DNA of 64,000 nt from assembly GCA_964628905.1 (NCBI GenBank), contig CAZVNS010000002.1, positions 25,767-89,766 of the forward strand, written 5' to 3'. The stretch comes from an uncultured Muribaculaceae bacterium (lineage in GTDB: Bacteria; Bacteroidota; Bacteroidia; Bacteroidales; Muribaculaceae). Both the position numbers and the translations under genes were made by a program. Position 1 is the stretch's first letter. Every line of letters begins with the position of its first letter. Below the pieces are notes generated by a model, which did no database searches, was not told where the DNA came from, and saw only the letters and a list, made by a program, of their open reading frames with translations. Below are positions 48,041 to 57,356 of this stretch, in pieces.

Positions 48041-48912
48041 GGTTGAGAGGTGAGTTGGATTGCTCGTTGGCTCACTTGCTCCATGAGCCATCGAGGGGTA
48101 GAGGTGGCGCCGCACACTCCCACCGATGTGGCATCGTCAAGCCATCGGGGATTAATCTCTGAAGCGTTGGCTATCAGATGGGTGCGGGGGTTAACGGAGC
48201 GACATTCGTTGTAAAGGATGCGACCGTTGCTGCTTTTGCTGCCGGCCACGAAGAGCACTACGGAGTGGGCGGCGGCGAAGTTGCGCAGCCCCTCGGCGCG
48301 GTTAGCCACTTGGCGGCAGATGGTGTCGAAGGAGTGGAGGGTGGCGTGGGGCGACAGGCGCTTCTGGATCTCCTCGCGGATGTGCATGAAGCCGTCGACC
48401 GACATGGTGGTCTGTGAATAGAGAGCTATGTCGCGTGTAAAGTCCAGGCGTTCAAGGTCGTCGACCGACTCCACCACGATTGCTTGTCCGTCGGTCTGCC
48501 CTACAAGGCCGTTGACCTCGGCGTGGCCTATTTTGCCGTAGATTACTATCTGCGGCGAGGTGCCTGACGAGGTGTCGTAGGTCGACTTGATGCGGCGTTG
48601 CAGCTGAAGCACCACGGGGCAGGTGGCATCGATGATCTCGATGCGGTTGCGGCGCGCTATCTCGTAGGTTGTCGGGGGCTCGCCGTGGGCGCGGAGTAGC
48701 ACCTTCAAGTCATGGAGCTCGCGGAGTTGGTCGTGTGTGATGGTGATGAGTCCGCGCAGACGCAGACGTTCGACCTCGTCGGAGTTGTGGACGATGTCGC
48801 CAAGGCAGTAGAGGCGGCCCGACTTGTCGAGCTCCTCCTCAGCTTTGCGAATGGCCGTTACCACACCGAAGCAGAAGCCAGAGCCAGAGTCGATTTCGAC
48901 GTTGGGGGTCAT
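48037..48912 (-). CDS. ispH: 4-hydroxy-3-methylbut-2-enyl diphosphate reductase
   Basis: GFCFGV, HNSDEV, CPVV and GSKSSNG motifs. The start is trimmed to ATG 48912, directly after the cmk stop. Confidence 0.9.
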   Translation of the reverse strand: MTPNVEIDSGSGFCFGVVTAIRKAEEELDKSGRLYCLGDIVHNSDEVERLRLRGLITITHDQLRELHDLKVLLRAHGEPPTTYEIARRNRIEIIDATCPVVLQLQRRIKSTYDTSSGTSPQIVIYGKIGHAEVNGLVGQTDGQAIVVESVDDLERLDFTRDIALYSQTTMSVDGFMHIREEIQKRLSPHATLHSFDTICRQVANRAEGLRNFAAAHSVVLFVAGSKSSNGRILYNECRSVNPRTHLIANASEINPRWLDDATSVGVCGATSTPRWLMEQVSQRAIQLTSQP

Positions 48913-49598
48913 CGGCTGACGGCTTCGTTGAAGTGTTGGAGCAACCACTGATCCTGCTGGGCGTGGGTCATGCCGGAGTTGTCAAGCTCGATGGCGTCGT
49001 CGGCTTTGCGCAGGGGGCTTACCTCGCGGGTGCGGTCGATGTGGTCGCGGGTCTCCACATTTTCAAGCACCTCCTCGTAGGTGACGCTGTTGTCGCCGGC
49101 TTCGCGAAGCTCCTTGAAACGGCGCTCGGCGCGGGTGGCAGCGGGGGCATTGACAAATATCTTGAGCTCGGCGTCGGGGAACACTGCCGTGCCGATGTCG
49201 CGACCGTCCATCACTATCCCTTTGTCGGCACCGAAGGCCTTCTGCATGGCTGTAAGGGCGTAGCGCACCTCAGGCACCGCGGCGATGGGCGACACGTGGC
49301 TCGACACCTCGATGGTGCGGATCTCGTGCTCCACATCCTCGCCGTTGAGCATGGTGTGCTGCCCCTGGGGGGTAACTGCGAAGTCGATGTGTATGTCGGA
49401 GAGTTCGGGGATGAGGTGGGCGGTGTCGACAGTGCCATCGGCCCCGATCAGGTCGTGGCGCATGGCGTAGAGTGTGACGGCGCGGTACATGGCGCCGGAG
49501 TCGATATAGCGGTAGCCTATCTGGCATGCAAGCGCCTTGGCCATAGTGCTTTTGCCCGACGATGAGTAGCCGTCGATGGCTATTATGATTTTCTTCAT
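48909..49598 (-). CDS. cmk: cytidylate kinase
   Basis: IAIDGYSSSGKSTMAK P-loop and DSGAMYR. The start is trimmed to ATG 49598 (MKKIIIAIDG). Confidence 0.9.
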   Translation of the reverse strand: MKKIIIAIDGYSSSGKSTMAKALACQIGYRYIDSGAMYRAVTLYAMRHDLIGADGTVDTAHLIPELSDIHIDFAVTPQGQHTMLNGEDVEHEIRTIEVSSHVSPIAAVPEVRYALTAMQKAFGADKGIVMDGRDIGTAVFPDAELKIFVNAPAATRAERRFKELREAGDNSVTYEEVLENVETRDHIDRTREVSPLRKADDAIELDNSGMTHAQQDQWLLQHFNEAVSR

Positions 49599-49605
49599 AT
49601 ATACT

Positions 49606-50628
49606 TTAGTTGAGGATGTCGGCGAGGTTGAGGTTGAGGTTGACCATGAATGTTGTAGCTCCGGTGTGTGGCTGGGCCAGGGCGATGCCGAGGGAGAATT
49701 TGTTGACATTGAGGCCGGCGCCGAGCGAAAAGCCTGAGATGAACGAGCGCGAATAGGTGTTCATGTCGGTGCGGGTCTTGTAGTTGTAACCCAAGGCCAC
49801 ATAGAAGCGGTCGTTGGGCACCAGGTCAAGGCCAAACACTAGGTGGCGGAACAGATTGGATGTGAATGAGTCCTTGATTTTGGGCTCTGATGTGGCGGAG
49901 CCGTCGCCTCCGTCGTAGTATGGGAGCTTCCACTTGGTGAGGTTCCAGGCGGTGATATTAAATCGTAGGGGGAGCGAGCCGAACGATTGTGTCCAACCCA
50001 ATCGCACGTCAATGGGGAGACGGTCGTAGCGCTCGTTGAATTTCTTCACCTGGCCGCCGAGGTTGGCCACAACGAGCGAAAGCGAGAGGTCGCGTTCGGG
50101 GTCGAAGTAATTGATACCTAAGTCAGTGGCTAATGCGAATGCTGAGTAAGACTCATAGGCTGAATAGGCGCCTTTGATGGCGATACCTCCGCGGAGACGG
50201 TCGGTGATGTCGTGGGCGTAGGCTCCGGAGAACACTACGTCAGATGCTGAGAATGTACCGAGTATCGCTCCGGTCTCGTCGGTGTGCTTCATCGAGCCGT
50301 AGCCCAGATACTGGATGGATGCGGCCCAGGCGGCGCGCTCACCGGCGCTGTGGGCGAATTTCACTCCGGCGAAATTTGACTCCCCCACATATCGCATGTA
50401 GTTGACGGCGGTCTGCATCGACATCTCCGGGCCGAGGAGCGCGGGGTTCTGGTCGATGGTGTTGATGTCGTCCTCGACGGTAGAAATGTTCATGCCGCCA
50501 AGGCCGTAGATGTGCGACGATGATGTGAGGTTGAGAAATTCGTAGCCCGTGGTGCCATCCTGGGCGTTGGCCGCCACAGTGCACCCAATCAAGGCTGAAA
50601 AAAGTATGATGGAGCGTAATATCTTCAT
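49606..50628 (-). CDS. porQ: T9SS-associated outer-membrane beta-barrel, PorQ-like
   Basis: Signal peptide MKILRSIILFSALIGCTVAANAQ and a beta-barrel pattern. The position next to cmk-ispH matches my recollection of the porQ-cmk-lytB synteny in Porphyromonas. Not verifiable here. Confidence 0.55.
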   Translation of the reverse strand: MKILRSIILFSALIGCTVAANAQDGTTGYEFLNLTSSSHIYGLGGMNISTVEDDINTIDQNPALLGPEMSMQTAVNYMRYVGESNFAGVKFAHSAGERAAWAASIQYLGYGSMKHTDETGAILGTFSASDVVFSGAYAHDITDRLRGGIAIKGAYSAYESYSAFALATDLGINYFDPERDLSLSLVVANLGGQVKKFNERYDRLPIDVRLGWTQSFGSLPLRFNITAWNLTKWKLPYYDGGDGSATSEPKIKDSFTSNLFRHLVFGLDLVPNDRFYVALGYNYKTRTDMNTYSRSFISGFSLGAGLNVNKFSLGIALAQPHTGATTFMVNLNLNLADILN

Positions 50629-50855
50629 TTTCAGTGATAGGTGGTTTATCAGCGGGAATGCGTTTCCCCACAATAAATCTATATAATAACGATGGATTGG
50701 AGTGGCTTATTATAGCGGTTGAAGAATTTTTGCCACAATGTTAAAAATAATTCACATTTTTAATCATTTTGAGGGTGATTTGTAAACAAAGGATAAACAA
50801 TAATAATCAATGCCAAATTTGGGGCGCGGGGCTTGGCGGTCTCGGATGTAGGGTA

Positions 50856-50863
50856 TATTTTTG
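50856..50863 (+). promoter_or_regulatory. candidate -7 promoter box TATTTTTG
   Basis: Exact TAnnTTTG match 38 nt upstream of ATG 50901. Confidence 0.4.
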
Positions 50864-50900
50864 CGAGTGTAAAAGGGGAAAATTCCCCCTTTCTTAAATT

Positions 50901-51338
50901 ATGCTTAAATTCTCACATCGCATCGCTTCATTCATCCTCGTTGCTTCCCTAACGTCAATCGCAGTGAACGCTCAGCCGCCGAGTGGTGGCTCGCAACAGC
51001 GTCAGCGCACGGTGACGGTCAAGGTCTACGACTGCGAAAACGTTGAGGATCAGCCGTCGTTTCCCGGAGGACAGTGCGAGTTGATACGGTTCATCAACCG
51101 CCAGCGCCGCTATCCGTCGGCTGCCTACGACGAGGGGATTCAGGGGCGCGTGCTTGTGAGCTTCGTGGTCAACACCGATGGCTCGCTGTCGCATCTGCGC
51201 GTGGTGCGCGGTGTGGAGGAGAGCCTCGACCAGGAGGCGTTGCGTATCGTCAGTGAGATGCCCGCCTGGGAGCCTGGGCGCATCGATAACCGCCCGGTGC
51301 CCACCCACTGCCTCCTCCCGATCCCCTTCCGTCGATAA
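50901..51338 (+). CDS. TonB C-terminal domain protein
   Basis: QPSFPGG...YP..A...GIQGRVLVSFVVNTDGSLSHLRVVRG....LDQEALRIV pattern of the TonB_C domain, with a signal or anchor at the N-terminus. Confidence 0.65.
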   Translation: MLKFSHRIASFILVASLTSIAVNAQPPSGGSQQRQRTVTVKVYDCENVEDQPSFPGGQCELIRFINRQRRYPSAAYDEGIQGRVLVSFVVNTDGSLSHLRVVRGVEESLDQEALRIVSEMPAWEPGRIDNRPVPTHCLLPIPFRR

Positions 51339-51417
51339 CACACATATATATATAATAAGGCACACGAGGTTGAGCCATCCGGCTCGACCTCGTGTGCTGA
51401 TGGGTAGCTGCTATCCA

Positions 51418-53415
51418 TTATTTGGTGAGGGGGGAGTAGTCGCGCGAGTAGCGCAGGTGCTGCTGCAGGTAGCCTTCGTCATAGCTTACGGTCACATCGG
51501 TCACGTTGCCGTCGTTGTCAGTGACGAGTGTATACACGGGGTTGACGAAGCCTTTGTATGGGGCGATCGACAGATGGCTGTAGCGGTCGAGCACTTCCCG
51601 GTGGATTTTGGGGTCGACCTTCACGGCGTATTTCTCAACGAGGTCTGCACCGGCCTGGTAGTCACCCTCGCTCTTGATGCGCTGGATTTCGCCAAGGAGT
51701 TGGCCGAAGAGCTGGCGCAGAGCTTGGTAATCGTTGATTTTGACGAAGGTTTTGCCGTCGATGTTGACCAGTTCGATCACATTGTCGGGACGACCATGCT
51801 CGTAGGCCCATTCGGCGATGAGCTTGCGGTTGCGCATGTGAGCCTCCTCCACATCCTTGCCCGGCTCGATGCGCATCAACTGGGTCATCAGGCCATTGAG
51901 GATATATTTGTAGTATTCAGCCTTGTAGGCCTCGGGGTTGTCGAGAAGACCAAGTTCCACGAGTTTTGGGTCGGCGAGATAGTAGAGGGCGAAGAGATCG
52001 GCGCGAGTCTCCTCGAGGGTTGAGCCGTGGGCTTTGAGGGCATCGGGGTCAACGCCGGGGAGGAGCTGGCCTGAGCCGTGGCCGAGGCACTCGTGGAGGT
52101 CGGTGTGGAGATTGTCGGTAATGAAGAGATATTTGTCCATCAGGTCGCGTGTGGGCTGGTCGATTACAAACTCCTCGTTGAAGCCGTTGCCGTGGCTTGC
52201 CTCATCGTAGGCCTGGGTGATGTTTTCGATGGTTACTGACTTCGAACCGTGAGCGGCGCGTATCCAGTTGGCGTTGGGAAGGTTGATGCCGATGGGGGTT
52301 GCGGGATATGAGTCGCCGGCAAGTATGGCGGCTGTGATCACCTTGGCGCTGACGCCCTTGACGTGGGGCTTGCGGAAGCGGGGGTCGACGGGCGAGCGGT
52401 CCTCAAACCACTGGGCGTTGTCGCTGATCACCTCGGTGCGGTGCGATGCCTCCTGGTTTTTGAAGTTGACGATTGACTCCCATGAGCCGGTCATGCCTAA
52501 GGGGTCGCCATAGCTTTCGATAAAGCCGTTGATGAAGTCGACTTGCGAGTCGAGGTCGTCGACCCACAGTATTGAGTATTCGTCGAAGTCCTTGAGGTCA
52601 CCTGTGCGGTAGTATTTGATCAAGGAGTTGATCACCTGACGCTGGCGGTCGTTCTCGGCAAATTGAGATGCCTTCTCAAGGCTGGCCACAATGCGCTCGA
52701 TGGCAGGTGAGTAGAGTCCGCCCACCTTGTAGACCTCCTCAGTGATTTTACCATCCTTTTTCACCATGCGGGTGTTGAGGCCATAGGAGATGGGGGTCAG
52801 GTCGGTGGTGTCTTTGAGGGCAGCGAAGTAGGCTTCGACCTCGGGCTGGGTTACGCCGGGTCCGTAGAGGTTGTTGGCCGAAGTTAGAATAAGGTCCTCA
52901 CCTTCGGTCTGGTTGACGCGCTTGGCCATCGTGGCGGGGTTGAAGATCACGTCGAGCAGCACGTCGAGGTTGGCGGGAGCGTCGTCGCCTACCTGGGCCA
53001 CAAACCACTCCTGAGAGAACTCGGGAGTGAACTTGTCGGTCGAATAATGGTGATGTATGCCGTTGCCAAACTCCACTTGCTTCAGATATTTCTCAAAAGC
53101 CTTGTAGTTGGGGTCGGACTTTGATCCGGTGTAGTTGAGGAATGTGGTTTCGAGCAGGTCGCGGATTTCGAGGTTGTAGCGGCCGTTCTGATCCCAAAGG
53201 ATGTCGCGTCCGGCCAGGGCGGCCTCGGTGAGATGGTAGATGAGCTGTTTCTGCTGCAGTGAGAGATCCTCGAAGCCGGGAACCTTGTAGCGCAGGATCT
53301 CGATGTCGGCAAATTGGTCGACCACGTAGTTGAAGTTGTCGTCGTTGGCTTGCACGTTGACTGATGATGTTAATGCCGCGGCGATGAGTGCGCACGACAG
53401 GATGTTACGTTTCAT
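51418..53415 (-). CDS. M49 family metallopeptidase (dipeptidyl-peptidase III-like)
   Basis: HECLGH zinc motif and second motif EETRAD, with a signal peptide, 665 aa. Confidence 0.85.
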   Translation of the reverse strand: MKRNILSCALIAAALTSSVNVQANDDNFNYVVDQFADIEILRYKVPGFEDLSLQQKQLIYHLTEAALAGRDILWDQNGRYNLEIRDLLETTFLNYTGSKSDPNYKAFEKYLKQVEFGNGIHHHYSTDKFTPEFSQEWFVAQVGDDAPANLDVLLDVIFNPATMAKRVNQTEGEDLILTSANNLYGPGVTQPEVEAYFAALKDTTDLTPISYGLNTRMVKKDGKITEEVYKVGGLYSPAIERIVASLEKASQFAENDRQRQVINSLIKYYRTGDLKDFDEYSILWVDDLDSQVDFINGFIESYGDPLGMTGSWESIVNFKNQEASHRTEVISDNAQWFEDRSPVDPRFRKPHVKGVSAKVITAAILAGDSYPATPIGINLPNANWIRAAHGSKSVTIENITQAYDEASHGNGFNEEFVIDQPTRDLMDKYLFITDNLHTDLHECLGHGSGQLLPGVDPDALKAHGSTLEETRADLFALYYLADPKLVELGLLDNPEAYKAEYYKYILNGLMTQLMRIEPGKDVEEAHMRNRKLIAEWAYEHGRPDNVIELVNIDGKTFVKINDYQALRQLFGQLLGEIQRIKSEGDYQAGADLVEKYAVKVDPKIHREVLDRYSHLSIAPYKGFVNPVYTLVTDNDGNVTDVTVSYDEGYLQQHLRYSRDYSPLTK

Positions 53416-53437
53416 TATTATTTTGGGTTATAATGGG

Positions 53438-54616
53438 TTATTCCACATATAGCACCAGCCCTTTGAGATATTCCCCCTCGGGGTGGTAGATGTTGACGGG
53501 ATGGTCGGCAGGCTGGGTGAGCTGATAGAGTATCCTCACCTTGCGTCGCGACTGGGCAGCTGCCGAGAACACTGCCAAGCGGAACTGTTCGCGGGTGATG
53601 GCCTGAGAGCAGGAGAAGGTGAAGAGTATGCCGCCGCGGGCTATCTTCTTGAAGGCCGCATAGTTGAGGCGCTGGTAGCCGCGGAGTGCGTTGCGTATGG
53701 CCCCGCGGTGTTTGGCGAAGGCCGGAGGATCGAGGATGATCAGGTCGTGAGCGCCTTCGTCCATGGCGTCGAGATATTTGAACGCATCTTCGGCCACGGC
53801 CCGATGGTGGGAGGCGTCGACGAAGTTGAGGTCGATGTTGGTCTGGGTGAGCTGTATAGCTTTGGCCGATGAGTCGACCGATGTCACAGCCCTGGCACCG
53901 CCGGCCATGGCATAGACTGAGAAGCCGCCGGTGTAGCAGAACATATTGAGCACGTTGCGCCCATGGCTGAGCGTGCGCAGCAGCTGGCGGTTGTCGCGCT
54001 GGTCAATGAAAAATCCGGTCTTCTGCCCTTTGAGCCAGTCGATATGGAATTTCAGCCCGTTCTCCACGGCCACGTTGGTGCTCAGTCCCCCTATGATATA
54101 ATCATTGTGTGGGTCGAGTTCGGCCTTGTAGGGGAGGGTGGTCTCCGACTTGTAATAGACATTTTTGACACCTGGGCCGGGGAGGGCTACGAGTTCGCGC
54201 GCTATGATGTCGCGGCTGAAGTGCATACCCGGTGAGTGGGCTTGCATCACGGCAGTATCGCCATAGATGTCGACAATGAGTCCGGGGAGGAAGTCACCCT
54301 CACCATGCACCAGGCGGTAAGCGTTGTTGTCGTCGCGGGCCAGCCCCAACACTTTGCGCAGTCCCAATGCCTGGCGTAGGCGCGATGCGTAGAATGTGTC
54401 GTCGACGGGTGTGTCGTCAAATGTGAGCATCCTCACCATTATCGACCCTATCTGGTAGTGGCCGTGGCCTATCAGGCGGCCGTCGGAGGTCACAACCTGC
54501 ACCACATCCCCCTCCTCAATCGAGTCGGTAGGTGAAGCGATGGCGCCTGAGAACACCCAGGGGTGGAAGCGGTCGAGCGAGTCCTCTTTGCCGCGTTTGA
54601 GTATTATCTTTTCCAT
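53438..54616 (-). CDS. rlmI: class I SAM-dependent rRNA methyltransferase (RlmI-like, PUA plus MTase)
   Basis: HPWVFSGAI PUA start, FCYTGGFSVYA SAM motif, ILDPPAF motif IV, 392 aa. Confidence 0.8.
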   Translation of the reverse strand: MEKIILKRGKEDSLDRFHPWVFSGAIASPTDSIEEGDVVQVVTSDGRLIGHGHYQIGSIMVRMLTFDDTPVDDTFYASRLRQALGLRKVLGLARDDNNAYRLVHGEGDFLPGLIVDIYGDTAVMQAHSPGMHFSRDIIARELVALPGPGVKNVYYKSETTLPYKAELDPHNDYIIGGLSTNVAVENGLKFHIDWLKGQKTGFFIDQRDNRQLLRTLSHGRNVLNMFCYTGGFSVYAMAGGARAVTSVDSSAKAIQLTQTNIDLNFVDASHHRAVAEDAFKYLDAMDEGAHDLIILDPPAFAKHRGAIRNALRGYQRLNYAAFKKIARGGILFTFSCSQAITREQFRLAVFSAAAQSRRKVRILYQLTQPADHPVNIYHPEGEYLKGLVLYVE

Positions 54617-54625
54617 ATACTATTA

Positions 54626-55999
54626 TCAGAAGTTGATGCCCACGGCTCGGAGTATGTCAAGGCCGTTGGCGTAGAGCAGGAGGGCGAGTAGGAAGAACAT
54701 GCCGGTCATCTGCGCATATTCAAGGAATTTGTCGGAAGGCTTGCGACGCGTGATCATCTCCCAGAGGGTGAACATCACATGACCGCCGTCAAGCGCCGGT
54801 ATGGGTATGATATTCATGAAGGCGAGGATTACCGACAGGAAAGCTGTCATCTCCCAGAATGTAAGCCAGTTCCAGCGGTTGGGGAACATGTTGCCTATAG
54901 CTCCGAAGCCACCCATGCTTGTGGCTCCATCCTTGGTGAAGAGGTATTTGAGCGAGCCCACGTAGGTAGTTAGGCGGTTCATGCCCTTGTCCACGCCCTT
55001 GGGCACTGATTCCCAAAGCGAGTAGTCGACCACGGTCACGGGATAGATTTCGGTGGGAGATGTAAGCTCGATGCCTACCTTGCCATTGTCGTTGGGGGTG
55101 ATGGGGAGCGTCACCTCCTTACCGTCGCGCACCACGGTGATGTCGGTTGCCTTACCCTTGTGGGCCAGTAGCTGCTCGGCAAATTCGGTGTAGGCCGGGG
55201 TCGACACGCCGCCGACGGCTATCACCGAGTCGCCGGCCTCCATGCCCGCCTTCTGGGCGGCTCCACCTTGCACGCTCTTCACCACTACGGGGAAGCGTGG
55301 TGAGAGGAACCATTTGTCCTTCTCCATCTTGAGCACGAAGTTCTCGGGGATGGCTATATCTACTGTGCCGCTATCGCCGCGGAGCACTGTCACGCTCTTA
55401 GCCTCAAGCATCTTTAGGATGGCATCGTCCTCAATCGCCTTCAGGGGCTGGCCGTCGGCCATAAGGGGGATGTCGCCGTTGCGGAAACCGATGGTCTGGG
55501 CCGTGGGTGAGAAGTCGTAGCCCGCCTTGTTGTCGCGGAATTCGATCACCTTTTCACCCCAATAGAAGGCGATGCCGGCGTAGATGATGATGGCCAGGAT
55601 GAAGTTGAACAATACGCCGCCAACCATCACCAGCAGGCGCTGCCATGCGGGCTTTGAGCGGAATTCGTCGGGCTTGGCAGGCTGGGCCATCTGTTCCTTG
55701 TCCATCGACTCGTCGATCATGCCGGCTATCTTGCAGTAGCCGCCAAGGGGGAGCCAGCCGATGCCGTACTCGGTGTCGCGCCATGTGGGGCGCTCCGAGC
55801 CGTCGGGGTTGAGCTTGGGATGCTTGGCCTTCTTCGGTTTCCACTTGCACAGCGAGAACCAAGGGTTGAAGAAGAGGTAGAACTTCTCAACCTTGATGCC
55901 AAACACGCGGGCGAAGAAATAGTGACCCAGCTCATGGATTACCACAAGCAACGACAGCGATAATATAAGTTGTAAGGCTTTGATCCAGAATGTTTCCAA
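54626..55999 (-). CDS. rseP: RIP (site-2) metalloprotease RseP
   Basis: HELGHYFFAR, PDZ region, and NIIPIPALDGGH, 457 aa. Confidence 0.9.
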   Translation of the reverse strand: METFWIKALQLILSLSLLVVIHELGHYFFARVFGIKVEKFYLFFNPWFSLCKWKPKKAKHPKLNPDGSERPTWRDTEYGIGWLPLGGYCKIAGMIDESMDKEQMAQPAKPDEFRSKPAWQRLLVMVGGVLFNFILAIIIYAGIAFYWGEKVIEFRDNKAGYDFSPTAQTIGFRNGDIPLMADGQPLKAIEDDAILKMLEAKSVTVLRGDSGTVDIAIPENFVLKMEKDKWFLSPRFPVVVKSVQGGAAQKAGMEAGDSVIAVGGVSTPAYTEFAEQLLAHKGKATDITVVRDGKEVTLPITPNDNGKVGIELTSPTEIYPVTVVDYSLWESVPKGVDKGMNRLTTYVGSLKYLFTKDGATSMGGFGAIGNMFPNRWNWLTFWEMTAFLSVILAFMNIIPIPALDGGHVMFTLWEMITRRKPSDKFLEYAQMTGMFFLLALLLYANGLDILRAVGINF

Positions 56000-56011
56000 G
56001 GGTGTGTGGGG

Positions 56012-57172
56012 TTAAAGGTTTTTGTTACAGATGATTTCTTCGGCCAGGGAGCGCGTCAGTGAGTTGGTGGCCACATAGTCGTCGTAGGTGGGCGATGCGA
56101 TATGGTCCACACGCTCCAGGCAGTCGGTAATAGTAGTGTAGATGTCGCCAAAGCCTATGCGGCCCTGACGGAAGGAGGCGTTGGCCACCTCGTTGGCGGC
56201 GTTGATCACGCAAGCGGTGTTGCCGCCGCGCCCCAGGGCGTAGTGCCCCAAGGTGATGCAGGGGAAGCGGTCGGTGTCAGGCTCCTCAAAGGTGAGCTGG
56301 GACATATCCTTGAATGTCAGGCCCGGGTCGGAAGTCTCCAGGCGTGTGGCGTCGCCAAGGGCGTAGCGTATGGGCAGACGCATGTCGGGCACGCCGAGCT
56401 GAGCCTTGACAGCACCGTCGACCATCTCCACCATTGAGTGAACTATCGACTGCGGGTGCACTACAGCTGTAATCCGCTTAGGTTCAATGTCAAAGAGCCA
56501 GTGTGCCTCGATGATTTCGAATGCTTTGTTGAGCATCGTGGCCGAGTCAATTGTGATTTTGGCGCCCATTGACCAGTTGGGGTGATGGAGGGCGTCGGCC
56601 ACAGTGACCCGGCTAAGCTGTTCGGCGGGGGTGTTGCGGAAGGGGCCGCCGGATGCAGTGATGATCAGGCGGCGCACCTTGTCAGGGTGCTCACCCTGAA
56701 GGCATTGGTATATGGCTGAGTGCTCTGAGTCGACGGGTATCACCGTCGACCATGACTTCGACAGCTCTTGGGTGACCAAATCGCCGGCCACCACGAGGGT
56801 CTCCTTGTTGGCAAGGGCTATATCCTTGGCGGCACGGATGGCGCGGAGTGTGGGGGCGAGGCCGCTGTAGCCCACGGTGGCGGTAACCACGGTGTCGAAG
56901 CAGTCGAGCTCCATGGCGTCGGCTATGGCGTCAGCTCCGGCAGCGGTGTTGATGCCCAAGGGGGCGAGGGCGTCGCGCAACTGGCTGTAGCGGCTCTCGT
57001 CGGCGATGATGGCCCACTCAGGCTTGTGCCTGATGGCCTGCTCGATCAGAGCGTCAACCTTGCTGCCGGCAATCAACACGCTGGCTGTGAAGCGGTCGGG
57101 GTATTGGGAGATTATGTCGAGCGTCTGGGTGCCGATAGAGCCGGTGGAGCCCAGCACTGCAATTTTCTTCAT
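56012..57172 (-). CDS. dxr: 1-deoxy-D-xylulose-5-phosphate reductoisomerase
   Basis: VLGSTGSIGTQTLD, NKETLV and DSEHSAI motifs, 386 aa. Confidence 0.95.
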   Translation of the reverse strand: MKKIAVLGSTGSIGTQTLDIISQYPDRFTASVLIAGSKVDALIEQAIRHKPEWAIIADESRYSQLRDALAPLGINTAAGADAIADAMELDCFDTVVTATVGYSGLAPTLRAIRAAKDIALANKETLVVAGDLVTQELSKSWSTVIPVDSEHSAIYQCLQGEHPDKVRRLIITASGGPFRNTPAEQLSRVTVADALHHPNWSMGAKITIDSATMLNKAFEIIEAHWLFDIEPKRITAVVHPQSIVHSMVEMVDGAVKAQLGVPDMRLPIRYALGDATRLETSDPGLTFKDMSQLTFEEPDTDRFPCITLGHYALGRGGNTACVINAANEVANASFRQGRIGFGDIYTTITDCLERVDHIASPTYDDYVATNSLTRSLAEEIICNKNL

Positions 57173-57201
57173 GCGTGATGCGATTGGTATAGTTTAGCGC
57201 G

Positions 57202-57209
57202 CAAAGGTA
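57202..57209 (-). promoter_or_regulatory. candidate -7 promoter box TACCTTTG for dxr
   Basis: Exact TAnnTTTG match on the minus strand, 30 nt upstream of ATG 57172. The TCGA array begins about 22 bp further upstream. Confidence 0.5.
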
Positions 57210-57230
57210 CAAAAAATTCGCGAAACTCCC

Positions 57231-57346
57231 ACTCGACATCCCTCGACATCCCTCGACATCCCTCGATTTAAGCCGATTTAAGTCGATTTAAGTCGATTTA
57301 AATCGAATGAAATCGACCTAAATCGAGAATAATTCGGGGCTTCGAT
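57231..57346. repeat. phased 10-bp TCGA array (about 12 units)
   Basis: TCGA (or CCGA/TTCG) starts at 57233, 57243, 57253, 57263, 57273, 57283, 57293, 57303, 57313, 57323, 57333 and 57342. There are three perfect CTCGACATCC units, then TCGATTTAAG-type units. Confidence 0.9.
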
Positions 57347-57356
57347 GTCAGTGGGA

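Noticed and set aside
50870-50893. Small palindrome AGGGGAAAATTCCCCT just upstream of the TonB-domain gene.
   Set aside because: The stem is only 6 bp and it occurs once. It lies between the candidate -7 box and the start codon, and there is too little evidence to call it an operator.
57231-57346. Whether the tandem arrays here and at 24017, 31066, 33288, 46871 and 59729 are CRISPR arrays.
   Set aside because: The units are 9-10 bp long with no spacers, and no cas genes or leader are present. The repeats are degenerate rather than identical.
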